Assembly: GCA_041750655.1 (NCBI GenBank)
Contig: JBGSYZ010000011.1
Location: forward strand, 65,794 to 129,793
Reading direction: 5' to 3'
DNA from: Minisyncoccia bacterium
Lineage (GTDB): Bacteria > Patescibacteriota > Minisyncoccia > Phycocordibacterales > UBA918
Length of the DNA: 64,000 nucleotides
Shown in pieces: positions 56,367 through 64,000 of this stretch; position 1 is the first letter of the stretch; each line of letters begins with the position of its first letter. A program made the position numbers and the translations under genes. The notes under the pieces were generated by a model. It had not been told where the DNA came from and did not search any database. It was given only the letters and a program-made list of their open reading frames with translations.

Positions 56367-56638
56367 GTATACTAAAATCGTACCACAGGGCCTAATAAAA
56401 AACTTTTCGATATACCCCTTTTGTGGTAACGTATGCCAACGAATTTGCTCCGTAAATTCGTTGGTTCACAATCTAAGCGTTCGAACCAAATTAAATATCT
56501 GCGTCGGTGGATGAAACAAAAACTGCTTTTTGTTTCATCTGGCGCCAGCTTAGCTGGCAGACAGCGATGTGAACGAATGTGAGCAGCTGGCAAGTGGGCC
56601 AGCACCCGCATTTGTTCACACTCTGTGTGACAACACAT

Positions 56639-56724
56639 GCGTCGGTGGTGGAGTGGTCTATCACATCAGACTGTAAATCTGACGGCTTATGCCTTCGCTG
56701 GTTCGAATCCAGCCCGGCGCACCA
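56639..56724 (+). tRNA. tRNA-Tyr (anticodon GUA), long variable arm, CCA encoded
   Basis: Acceptor GCGTCGG/CCGGCGC (one G-U), anticodon stem TCAGA/TCTGA, loop CTGTAAA, T-arm GCTGG-TTCGAAT-CCAGC, discriminator A, then CCA. Confidence 0.85.
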
Positions 56725-56919
56725 AGGTATAAGAAAAATCACTGGAATTCATTCCAGTGATTTTCTTATAGCAAGCAAACTGCTTTGCTTGCGTACCTTG
56801 GTGCGAGGCGGAAGTATGTTTTTCATTCATTCCTAGAATGAAAAACAGCTGAGCCGGGGTCGAGAGTACTTAGCAAAATAAATGCAAAGCATTTATTTTG
56901 CTTAGTAACTCGTGACCAC
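56725..56919 (+). repeat. tRNA-trailer structured repeat, copy C (terminator hairpin ATCACTGGAA-TTCA-TTCCAGTGAT + conserved hairpin AGCAAGCAAA-CTGC-TTTGCTTGC + GTACCTTGGTGCG complementary to the tRNA-Tyr 3' end + conserved tail)
   Basis: Aligned by eye to copies A and B. The tail shares GAGCCGGGGTCGA(A/G)GGTACTTAG and CTTAGTAAC(C/T)(T/C)GTGACC with copy A. Confidence 0.65.
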
Positions 56920-56983
56920 ATAAACCTTTATAATATACTATAAATAGTGTATTATTTTGTACGAAACAGTTTGGAGAAAATCG

Positions 56984-57121
56984 ATGATGTCTGAACGCGA
57001 ATATCAACGTCGCCTTGCGCCTCTTCTCGAAGAGTTGCAGAGGGTAAAGACCCAGAAGCAGAAGGACGAGATCGAGCAAAAGATGCAAGCCCTCGACCGG
57101 CAAGCGAACGGCAGCAAGTAG
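56984..57121 (+). CDS. hypothetical coiled-coil small protein (45 aa): MMSEREYQRRLAPLLEELQRVKTQKQKDEIEQKMQALDRQANGSK
   Basis: It directly follows repeat copy C. TATAAT/TATTAT -10-like elements and a GGAGAAAA RBS lie upstream. GC is elevated relative to the flanks. A hairpin plus T-run terminator lies downstream. It shares the AGTGTATTAT promoter-region motif with the ORF at 53592. Confidence 0.4.
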   Translation: MMSEREYQRRLAPLLEELQRVKTQKQKDEIEQKMQALDRQANGSK

Positions 57122-57622
57122 AGCGCAACCGCCGACCCAAGAAAGCCCCTGGCTCTCTCACGGGTCAGGCGGTTTTCTTTTACACTAATCCCACCTTCTC
57201 ACACACGTATCTAGGTAAGAAACAATACTCACTTTCTATAATTGCAGTTCTAACTTCACGCATTCCTGCGCACGCGTATAAAAATGAGCATCCTTTGGAT
57301 GCCATTTTTATTGCGTGTGCCGGGAGTACGAGACTAATGTCTCGTACGGCTGGATTCGAAGCTCCGGACGATGTTTTGAGAGCTTCATAGCTAGCAAAAC
57401 GAGGAGGAGCCGTCCAAGAAACCGAGCCTAGTTTATGAACGTAGTGAAATAAAATAGCCGGTATTCGGGGACGAAGGAAGCCGGCACACAAATTATATAC
57501 TCCCATTTTGGAGAATTTAAAATTGGCTTTAATTACGTATTGTATGAGTTAACGTCATTCTCAACTTCTTGCCAATTGCTTAAGACTATGCCAATAATAG
57601 CCGCAGAGAAGGGAGAACGAAA

Positions 57623-58144
57623 ATGAATATAAGGATTGTGGGCGCTAGCCTTCTGGTATTCGTGTGCAGCTGTGCTGTGCCAGACCAAAAACCATTTGAC
57701 TACCCGCCCAAGGAGGCTCGATCCTGCTTGGCAAAAAGTTTAACCACTATGAAGGAGGACCCCAAAAACGCGCTTACGATTTTTGATGTGCCTAGCCTGT
57801 CTGCAAAAATTCGTAAGTATAGCCAAAACGAGGACATTACCGACGAACAAGTTGCTATCGAACTCGTGGCTATGGTATCTAAATACCAAAACGATTTACC
57901 ACGGTTGCTGCCCCCAGGCTTGATACATGTTTCAATGTACACTTCTATGAGTGATAACACGTATACTATGCAAGCCAATGTACCAGTACACACGGCAAAC
58001 AAAAAACAATTCCTGGTGACGTTGGTTCCCACAAACAATTCTTGTCGCCTGAAGGAGATGACTATAAACGGTTTCTCGTTTTCAGCACTAATTGCTGGAG
58101 TTTTAGCACCAGCTGATGATTACGAGAACTTTTATCATGACTAA
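57623..58144 (+). CDS. hypothetical secreted/lipoprotein-like protein (173 aa)
   Basis: Signal peptide with Cys at LLVFVCSCA, which is a possible lipobox. Confidence 0.4.
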   Translation: MNIRIVGASLLVFVCSCAVPDQKPFDYPPKEARSCLAKSLTTMKEDPKNALTIFDVPSLSAKIRKYSQNEDITDEQVAIELVAMVSKYQNDLPRLLPPGLIHVSMYTSMSDNTYTMQANVPVHTANKKQFLVTLVPTNNSCRLKEMTINGFSFSALIAGVLAPADDYENFYHD

Positions 58145-58207
58145 GTACTTATGAAAATCGCCGGCAGCCCATGGGCTGCCGGCGATTATTCTTTAGTAGG
58201 ATTTAAC

Positions 58208-60916
58208 TTACGCAGCGACCGGAGTCTTCTTCCTGGCTACACTCTTTCTCGGTGCTGCTTTTCTTTTTTGACCTTTCTTTTTTATATCAAAGACAAGTTC
58301 TTTTTTGTCTTTATCCATACTAACTTTAACTGTCCCACCTTGGAGCATACCTTGCCCAACCATCATATTAGCTACTGGTGTCAGGATTTTGCTTTGAATA
58401 AGACGACGCAGTGGCCGTGCTCCGTACTTTGGTTCGTAACCTTCTGTGGCCAAATACTCCCGCACATCCGCTCCGACTGTCAGAGCAATCTCCTTCTTAG
58501 CCAGACGCTGTGCTACTTCATCAATTTGCATTCTTACAATTTCGTTGATGGTTTCTGGAGAGAGAATATCGAAGATGATAATTTCATCGAGTCGATTAAG
58601 GAATTCCGGACGGAAGTACTCTTTAAGGCTTTCAAGGACTTTATCCTTGGCTTGTACATACTGACTGGTGTCATCATTAACTTCAGAGAAACCGAAGTTG
58701 GACATCCGATCAATATGTTGCGCTCCGATGTTGGATGTCATAATAATAATGGTATTTTTGAAGTTCACCTTTCTCCCTTTAGCGTCAGTAAGATGCCCAG
58801 AATCAAGCACTTGGAGAAGTATATTAAATACTTCGGGGTGAGCCTTCTCAATCTCATCAAACAGAATCACTGAATACGGACGGTGTCGGACTTGTTCGGT
58901 AAAGTGACTGCTCTCATCGTGGCCAACATAGCCTGGTGGAGAACCAATTATTTTCGATACTGAGTGACGTTCCATGTATTCACTCATATCCACCCGTACC
59001 AATGCGTCACGATCATCGAACATAAACTCAGCCAAGGCCCGCGATAGTTCAGTCTTCCCCACTCCAGTAGGACCTAGGAATAAGAACGAGCCAATTGGGC
59101 GATTTGGGTCAGCGATACCAGCGCGTGAGCGCTTTACGGCGTCAGAAATACGCTTAATAGCATCCTTTTGTCCGACTACCTTTTCAGTCAAATCTTCTTC
59201 CATGCGTGAAAGCTTCTTTGCTTCCTCTTCCAGCATACGTGCCACTGGCACGCCAGTCCAACGAGATACTACACCGGCAATGTCTTCCTCGGTAATCTCT
59301 TCTTTGAGAAGTCGGTGTGAACGTTGTACTTTTTGCAGCTTCTTCATCTTGGCTTCCATATCTTTCTCTACTTGAGGAATGGTGTCGTAACGAATTTCAG
59401 CAGCGCGAGTAAGGTCGGCCATCGCTTCTGCAGTCTCCGCTTCCTGGCGAAGACCCTCGAGTTCTTTCTTAAGAGTACGGATACCTTCAAGCGCTTCACG
59501 CTCGTTGTTCCATTTAGTTTCAATGGCTGAAGTTTTTTCTTTATACTCCCCTATTTCAGTATCTATTTCTTTGATGCGGTCTTTGAGTTTTTTCTTATCT
59601 TTAACTGTTTCAACATCTTTCTTTAGGGCTTCTTTTTCAATCTCAAGTCGACGGATCTGTCGATCAGCAGCGACCAACTCTTCTGGTTTATTTTCTAATG
59701 AGATACGTAAAGCTGAAGCCGCTTCATCAATAAGATCTACTGCTTTGTCGGGCAAGAAACGATCAGTGATATAGCGTGCAGAGAGATTAACCGCCGATAC
59801 GATAGCGTCGTCAGTAATACGCACCCCATGAAAGAGTTCGTACTTTTCGGCAATACCGCGGAGAATTGCTACTGCGTCATCGATCGATGGTTCATTTACA
59901 AACACGGGTTGGAAACGGCGAGTCAAAGCTGGGTCCCGTTCGATGTGTTTTTGATATTCCTTAAGCGTGGTAGCACCAATTACTCGCATTTCACCGCGAG
60001 CCAAGGCTGGTTTCAACATGTTACTAGCATCCATTGAACCTTCAGCTGCACCAGCACCCACAATGGTGTGAAGTTCATCAATAAAAAGTATTACCTGCCC
60101 CGCCGCTTGCTCCACTTCTTTCATAACTGTCTTAAGTCGTTCTTCAAACTCACCCCGAAACTTTGTGCCAGCGATAAGTAGTCCAAGGTCTAGGGAAAGA
60201 ATTTCTTTTTCTTTCATGGTTTCTGGCACTTGACCTTGCACGATAAATTGCGCTAAGCCTTCAGCAATAGCAGTCTTGCCTACTCCGGCCTCACCAATCA
60301 AAACAGGATTGTTTTTAGTACGTCGAGACAAAATTTGAATTACTCGTTGAATTTCCAAATCACGACCGATGACTGGGTCAAGTTTGTTTTCTTGGGCCAG
60401 CTTGGTGAGATTTCGAGCATATTTTGTGAGACTACGATATTTCTTTGGTTGCTGTACGTCACTTACATTGTTTTCACGTACTTCTTGAAGCACATTGGTC
60501 ACTTGTCGTTTGTCGACTCCGGTTCGTTGCAGAATTTCGATAGCGGGACCAGGGTATTCAAGAGCACCAATAAAGAGGTGTTCTACTCCGACATATGAGT
60601 CACCCAACTCTTCAGCAGCACGACTCGCGTGTTCGAGAGACTTAGCCAAATCAGGAGTAAGGTAGAGTTGGTAGGATTGCGAAACAGTACCGCTGATGTC
60701 CTCACCTTCAAGACTTTCAAGGAGCAAATCAGTAAACGCAATAATATCAATATCAAGTCTATCAAGTATAGAAATCACCATACTTTCGTCTTGCATAGCA
60801 AGAGCCGCCAGTAAATGTACTGGGCTAACATGATTTTGGCCGCGCTCAATAGCCAGTTCGTGGGCTTTACGAATTGCCTCTTTGGCGCGGGATGTAAAAC
60901 TAGAGAAACTAGGCAT
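58208..60916 (-). CDS. clpB: ATP-dependent chaperone ClpB (Hsp100) with Lys-rich C-terminal tail
   Basis: Clp N-domain repeats, two AAA+ modules ([18 protein letters not shown]) and a long coiled-coil middle domain between NBD1 and NBD2. Confidence 0.9.
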   Translation of the reverse strand: MPSFSSFTSRAKEAIRKAHELAIERGQNHVSPVHLLAALAMQDESMVISILDRLDIDIIAFTDLLLESLEGEDISGTVSQSYQLYLTPDLAKSLEHASRAAEELGDSYVGVEHLFIGALEYPGPAIEILQRTGVDKRQVTNVLQEVRENNVSDVQQPKKYRSLTKYARNLTKLAQENKLDPVIGRDLEIQRVIQILSRRTKNNPVLIGEAGVGKTAIAEGLAQFIVQGQVPETMKEKEILSLDLGLLIAGTKFRGEFEERLKTVMKEVEQAAGQVILFIDELHTIVGAGAAEGSMDASNMLKPALARGEMRVIGATTLKEYQKHIERDPALTRRFQPVFVNEPSIDDAVAILRGIAEKYELFHGVRITDDAIVSAVNLSARYITDRFLPDKAVDLIDEAASALRISLENKPEELVAADRQIRRLEIEKEALKKDVETVKDKKKLKDRIKEIDTEIGEYKEKTSAIETKWNNEREALEGIRTLKKELEGLRQEAETAEAMADLTRAAEIRYDTIPQVEKDMEAKMKKLQKVQRSHRLLKEEITEEDIAGVVSRWTGVPVARMLEEEAKKLSRMEEDLTEKVVGQKDAIKRISDAVKRSRAGIADPNRPIGSFLFLGPTGVGKTELSRALAEFMFDDRDALVRVDMSEYMERHSVSKIIGSPPGYVGHDESSHFTEQVRHRPYSVILFDEIEKAHPEVFNILLQVLDSGHLTDAKGRKVNFKNTIIIMTSNIGAQHIDRMSNFGFSEVNDDTSQYVQAKDKVLESLKEYFRPEFLNRLDEIIIFDILSPETINEIVRMQIDEVAQRLAKKEIALTVGADVREYLATEGYEPKYGARPLRRLIQSKILTPVANMMVGQGMLQGGTVKVSMDKDKKELVFDIKKKGQKRKAAPRKSVARKKTPVAA

Positions 60917-61028
60917 AATTCAGGGTCTTAAATCCATTATACGTCACATCTCTCGGACGGTCAGTAAAATCCGTGACTAACTCTTTCAAATCTCAAAATC
61001 AGGAGAATGTAACTCCTCTATATTGCAA

Positions 61029-62246
61029 TTATTTACTGGCTAAGTCAAATTTTTGCATCTTCTCGATATGTTCTGTGAGGACCTTAATGACAGTGTCGAT
61101 TTCTTGTTTGTTGGAGGTTTCGCCGAGCGTAAAGCGGAGGGTGGAGGTGGCGCGGGCGGCGTCGCCGGATATGGCTTTTACCACCCTGCTCTGCCCGCCG
61201 CCCGCGCCACTACAAGCACTCTTGGTACTGGCGGCAATACTATGCTCATCAAGAACCACGGCGGCAAATTCAGTATCGAGACCAGGAATAGAAATATTTA
61301 TATTATTGGCAACCCGTTCTTCTACACTTCCATTCACTATTGCTTCCGGTATTTCTGTACTCAGTTTTTCAAAAAAATATTTTTGCAGTTCTTTTATTCC
61401 TTCACTGCGACGTTCATAGTTTTCTTGCGCAATTGTAAGTGCCACCTGAAATCCTACAATCGGTGCCGGATTTTCAGTACCGGGTCGCAAACCTACTTCT
61501 TGACCACCACCGTAAGTAATTGGCGCTAGAGTTACTCCATGTCGGTGCGCTAACGCGCCGACCCCTTTCGGCCCATAAAACTTCCCCGCGTCGAGCGTCA
61601 AAATATCCGCCCCGATTTTCTCCAGCTGACAATTCATCCACAACGGCGCTTGGGCCCCATCTACTACTAATACTGCATTACTTCTCTTTTCTTTCATTAT
61701 CCGCTTCAACGCCCGCGTTGGTTGCACAATACCAATTTCACTATTAATAAGAGCGGTGGCAACTACTGCAGTTTTTTCATTGAGTAACTTTTCAAATTCT
61801 GCCATCACAATCAGACCACTTTCATCAACTGGGGTTTCATGCACAATGACACCACGCGACGAGAGGGCGCGGCAGGTATCCAATAACGACGGATGCTCCA
61901 GACTGGTTGTAATCACTTCCATGTCTTCATATTTTACCCCTTTGGTTCGCAAGGCTTCTACCACGCCTACTACTGCCAAATTATTAGCTTCAGTGCCGCC
62001 ACTGGTAAATAGTACGTCTTCAGTTCGTATCTGGAGTAGCCGAGCCACTTTCTCTCGAGCTTCTTCAATCAGCCGACGAGCTCTCTGCCCCTCTTTGTGG
62101 ATGCCGCTGGCGTTACCAAAAACATCGCGGTAAATCGGCCGCATTGCTTCCCACACTTCGTGGCGCAGCGGAGTGGCTGCGGCATAATCCATGTAGATTC
62201 TGTCGCCTTCATGATGCTCACCAAAAATCCGTTGTAGAAAATTCAT
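61029..62246 (-). CDS. cysteine desulfurase (class V aminotransferase, IscS/NifS-like)
   Basis: The N-terminus YMDYAAATP and the active-site Cys loop STKSACSGAG match the IscS/NifS pattern. The true start may be the internal MDYAAATP. Confidence 0.8.
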   Translation of the reverse strand: MNFLQRIFGEHHEGDRIYMDYAAATPLRHEVWEAMRPIYRDVFGNASGIHKEGQRARRLIEEAREKVARLLQIRTEDVLFTSGGTEANNLAVVGVVEALRTKGVKYEDMEVITTSLEHPSLLDTCRALSSRGVIVHETPVDESGLIVMAEFEKLLNEKTAVVATALINSEIGIVQPTRALKRIMKEKRSNAVLVVDGAQAPLWMNCQLEKIGADILTLDAGKFYGPKGVGALAHRHGVTLAPITYGGGQEVGLRPGTENPAPIVGFQVALTIAQENYERRSEGIKELQKYFFEKLSTEIPEAIVNGSVEERVANNINISIPGLDTEFAAVVLDEHSIAASTKSACSGAGGGQSRVVKAISGDAARATSTLRFTLGETSNKQEIDTVIKVLTEHIEKMQKFDLASK

Positions 62247-62344
62247 AAGTCAGAATAATGACACATTTGTAGCGTTTAAGCTAGATTATGGTATACTCGC
62301 GCTACATAAATAACGCCATACGGGCGTTATTACTAATTATAAAA

Positions 62345-63844
62345 ATGGCCAAGAAAAAAACTGCTGAACCAAATATCATCAAACGCCCACCGATTGTCGT
62401 CATCATGGGTCATATTGATCATGGCAAATCTACTCTTTTAGACTTTATTCGTAAGTCTAATGTCGTTGAGGGTGAAGCTGGCGGCATTACGCAACACCTT
62501 TCTGCGTATGAAGTGGAACATACCACTAGTGAGGGTTCTAAAGAAAAAATCACCTTTCTTGATACGCCGGGTCACGAAGCCTTTCAAAAGATGCGTTTAC
62601 GTGGAGCTGATGTAGCGGATATTGCTATTTTGATTGTCTCAGCCGAAGACGGCGTAAAGCCACAAACTCTCGAAGCTCTAAAATCAATCCAGAACGCCAA
62701 CATTCCATATATTGTGGCGATAAACAAAATCGACAAACCTGGTGCTGATTTAGTGCGAACGCAATCAAGTCTAATTGAAAATCAAATCTACATTGAAGGC
62801 ATGGGAGGCGACATCCCGTGGGTGGCGATATCAGCCAAAAGCGGCCAGGGAGTAGATGAACTTCTCGACACAGTGGTGTTAGCTGCTGATCTAGCTGAAC
62901 TAACTGGAGATACCAATGCACCGGCTGAGGGGTTAGTAATTGAAGGCCATATCGATAAACAACGAGGTACCACTGCTACTTTGATTGTCAGAAACGGCAC
63001 CCTTAAAAGTGGGATGTTTGTTGTATCCGGTCAAACCTACGCTCCCACTCGGATTATGGAAGACTATACTGGTAAATCTATCAAGGAAGCTGGTTTATCT
63101 ACACCAGTAGGTATTGTTGGATTTACTGAAATACCAAAAGCCGGAGCTTCTTTTACAGTGGCTGCATCTAAAAAAGAAGCGGAAGTAATGGCCAGTGAAG
63201 CTGAGAGTAATACACCTGAAAGCACCAGACATACGAGTAACCTGCCGATTGTGCCAATCATGATTAAGGCTGATGTACTTGGAAGCCTTGACGCTATCAA
63301 GCACGAACTTGATAAATTTGAATCTGACCGTATTTCTATTCGCGTTATTGGTGCCACTGTGGGCGATGTTTCCGCTTCAGATGTACAAGATGTAAGTGCA
63401 ACTAAAAACTCCATTATCGTTGGTTTTAATGTAAAAGTAGAGCGAGCAGCCACTGACCTAGCCGAGCGTCTCGGCGTTGAAATTGATACATTTGATATTA
63501 TTTACGAACTATCTGATTGGCTTAATACGGCCTTGAAGAACCGTACTCCTAAACGCGAAGAAAAGGTCATGACTGGACGGGCCAAAATTCTCAAACACTT
63601 TAGTACTCAGAAAAACACTCATGTGCTTGGAGGTCGGGTAGAAGAAGGTGAACTTAAAGCTAATCAAGTTGTTCGTATTCTACGTCGTGATATAGAAGTG
63701 GGAACGGGTACGCTTAAAAATGTTCAGCAACAAAAATCTGACACTCAAAAAGTAACTGACGGTGAGTTTGGTATGCAGATAGACTCGAAAGTCGAGCTCG
63801 CTCCAGGTGATTATATAGAGGCTTTTGATATTGTTATCACTTAA
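62345..63844 (+). CDS. infB: translation initiation factor IF-2 (short form lacking long N-terminal domains)
   Basis: G domain (GHIDHGKSTLLD, DTPGHEAF, NKID). C-terminal beta-barrel domains. The start is taken at MAKKKTAEP. Confidence 0.9.
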   Translation: MAKKKTAEPNIIKRPPIVVIMGHIDHGKSTLLDFIRKSNVVEGEAGGITQHLSAYEVEHTTSEGSKEKITFLDTPGHEAFQKMRLRGADVADIAILIVSAEDGVKPQTLEALKSIQNANIPYIVAINKIDKPGADLVRTQSSLIENQIYIEGMGGDIPWVAISAKSGQGVDELLDTVVLAADLAELTGDTNAPAEGLVIEGHIDKQRGTTATLIVRNGTLKSGMFVVSGQTYAPTRIMEDYTGKSIKEAGLSTPVGIVGFTEIPKAGASFTVAASKKEAEVMASEAESNTPESTRHTSNLPIVPIMIKADVLGSLDAIKHELDKFESDRISIRVIGATVGDVSASDVQDVSATKNSIIVGFNVKVERAATDLAERLGVEIDTFDIIYELSDWLNTALKNRTPKREEKVMTGRAKILKHFSTQKNTHVLGGRVEEGELKANQVVRILRRDIEVGTGTLKNVQQQKSDTQKVTDGEFGMQIDSKVELAPGDYIEAFDIVIT

Positions 63845-63845
63845 T

Positions 63846-64000
63846 ATGCTGGGAGAAAAAAATACTAATGATCGACACATCCGCGTGGCTTCACTCATCA
63901 AAGAATTGGTAGCGACTTTTATCCAACAAGAAGCTAACACGGATCCCATGATTACTGTCACCCGTGTCGACATTGCTCCAGATTATCGTAATGCCACAGT
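63846..64000 (+). CDS. rbfA: ribosome-binding factor A (partial, runs off window end)
   Basis: MLGEKNTNDRHIRVASLIKELVATFIQQEANTDPMITVTRVDIAPDYRNAT matches the RbfA pattern (R..RV...I..EL...I..E..DP....VTVT.V....D). Its start sits 1 nt after the infB stop (TAATATG). Confidence 0.7.
   Translation, partial: MLGEKNTNDRHIRVASLIKELVATFIQQEANTDPMITVTRVDIAPDYRNAT

Noticed and set aside
57290-57480. SRP (4.5S) RNA call, based on a 13-nt identity to E. coli 4.5S RNA (GCGUGUGCCGGGA) and a GAAGGAAGC motif.
   Set aside because: The two motifs are in the wrong relative order and I could not form the domain IV helix. I left it as an unassigned candidate structured region rather than a feature.
57180-57506. 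108-aa minus-strand ORF.
   Set aside because: The composition is implausible (Cys/Pro/Arg-rich with no hydrophobic periodicity). No RBS. It lies in a hairpin-rich intergenic stretch.

Overview
This 64-kb window looks like a chromosomal segment of a small-genome, low-to-moderate-GC bacterium, most plausibly Patescibacteria/CPR (possibly Saccharimonadia-like). That placement is my inference from compact genes, the short forms of DnaX, IF-2 and Rel, weak Shine-Dalgarno sites and many secreted cell-wall enzymes. The housekeeping backbone is clear: groES-groEL, lemA, secG, RNase J, mutY-like glycosylase, dnaX, dus, ftsQ-like, serS, dprA, topA, rel, parB, pyrE, miaA, clpB, cysteine desulfurase, infB and the start of rbfA. 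There are four tRNA genes: Gln-UUG, Leu-CAA, Trp-CCA and Tyr-GUA. Three accessory regions stand out.

- **ATP-grasp island (about 21.4-25.2 kb).** This is an AT-rich 3.7-kb island. It encodes a RimK/TTL-like ATP-grasp ligase, a divergently oriented 246-aa unknown protein, and a DUF1704/MATCAP-like HExxH metallopeptidase that carries a QEGLA-like motif. Next to them is an unannotated 30-aa ORF that is hyper-acidic and ends in tyrosine. I propose the four together are a C-terminal tail ligation/trimming module.
- **tRNA-Gln cassette array (34.5-36.0 kb).** Three copies of a roughly 150-nt imperfect-palindromic unit follow the tRNA. Each unit ends in a direct repeat of the tRNA 3' end. Small ORFs of visibly elevated GC sit between the units. 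The arrangement looks like an integron-like cassette array, but no recombinase is in the window.
- **tRNA-Trp to tRNA-Tyr locus (52.9-57.1 kb).** Three copies (A, B, C) of a different roughly 190-nt structured repeat sit here; A and C lie directly after a tRNA. A long-range stem in each repeat pairs with whatever lies immediately upstream (the tRNA 3' end in A and C), changing in concert across the three copies, and a second stem changes the same way. The repeats flank two small promoter-driven ORFs of elevated GC and a tandem pair of secreted peptidoglycan hydrolases. One hydrolase carries a lytic-transglycosylase domain and the other an M15 peptidase domain. Both share a cysteine-rich, two-helix N-terminal domain of the kind seen in conjugative/T4SS pilins.

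Smaller observations:
- A translationally coupled upstream ORF that duplicates the first ten residues of the GH1 gene.
- A duplicated tRNA-Leu 3' half.
- Tandem hairpin repeats upstream of tRNA-Trp.
- A 19-bp perfect palindrome in the serS divergent promoter.
- Tandem M14 carboxypeptidase paralogs.
- An ECF sigma factor with a candidate anti-sigma partner.
- A histone-H1-like Lys/Ala-rich protein.
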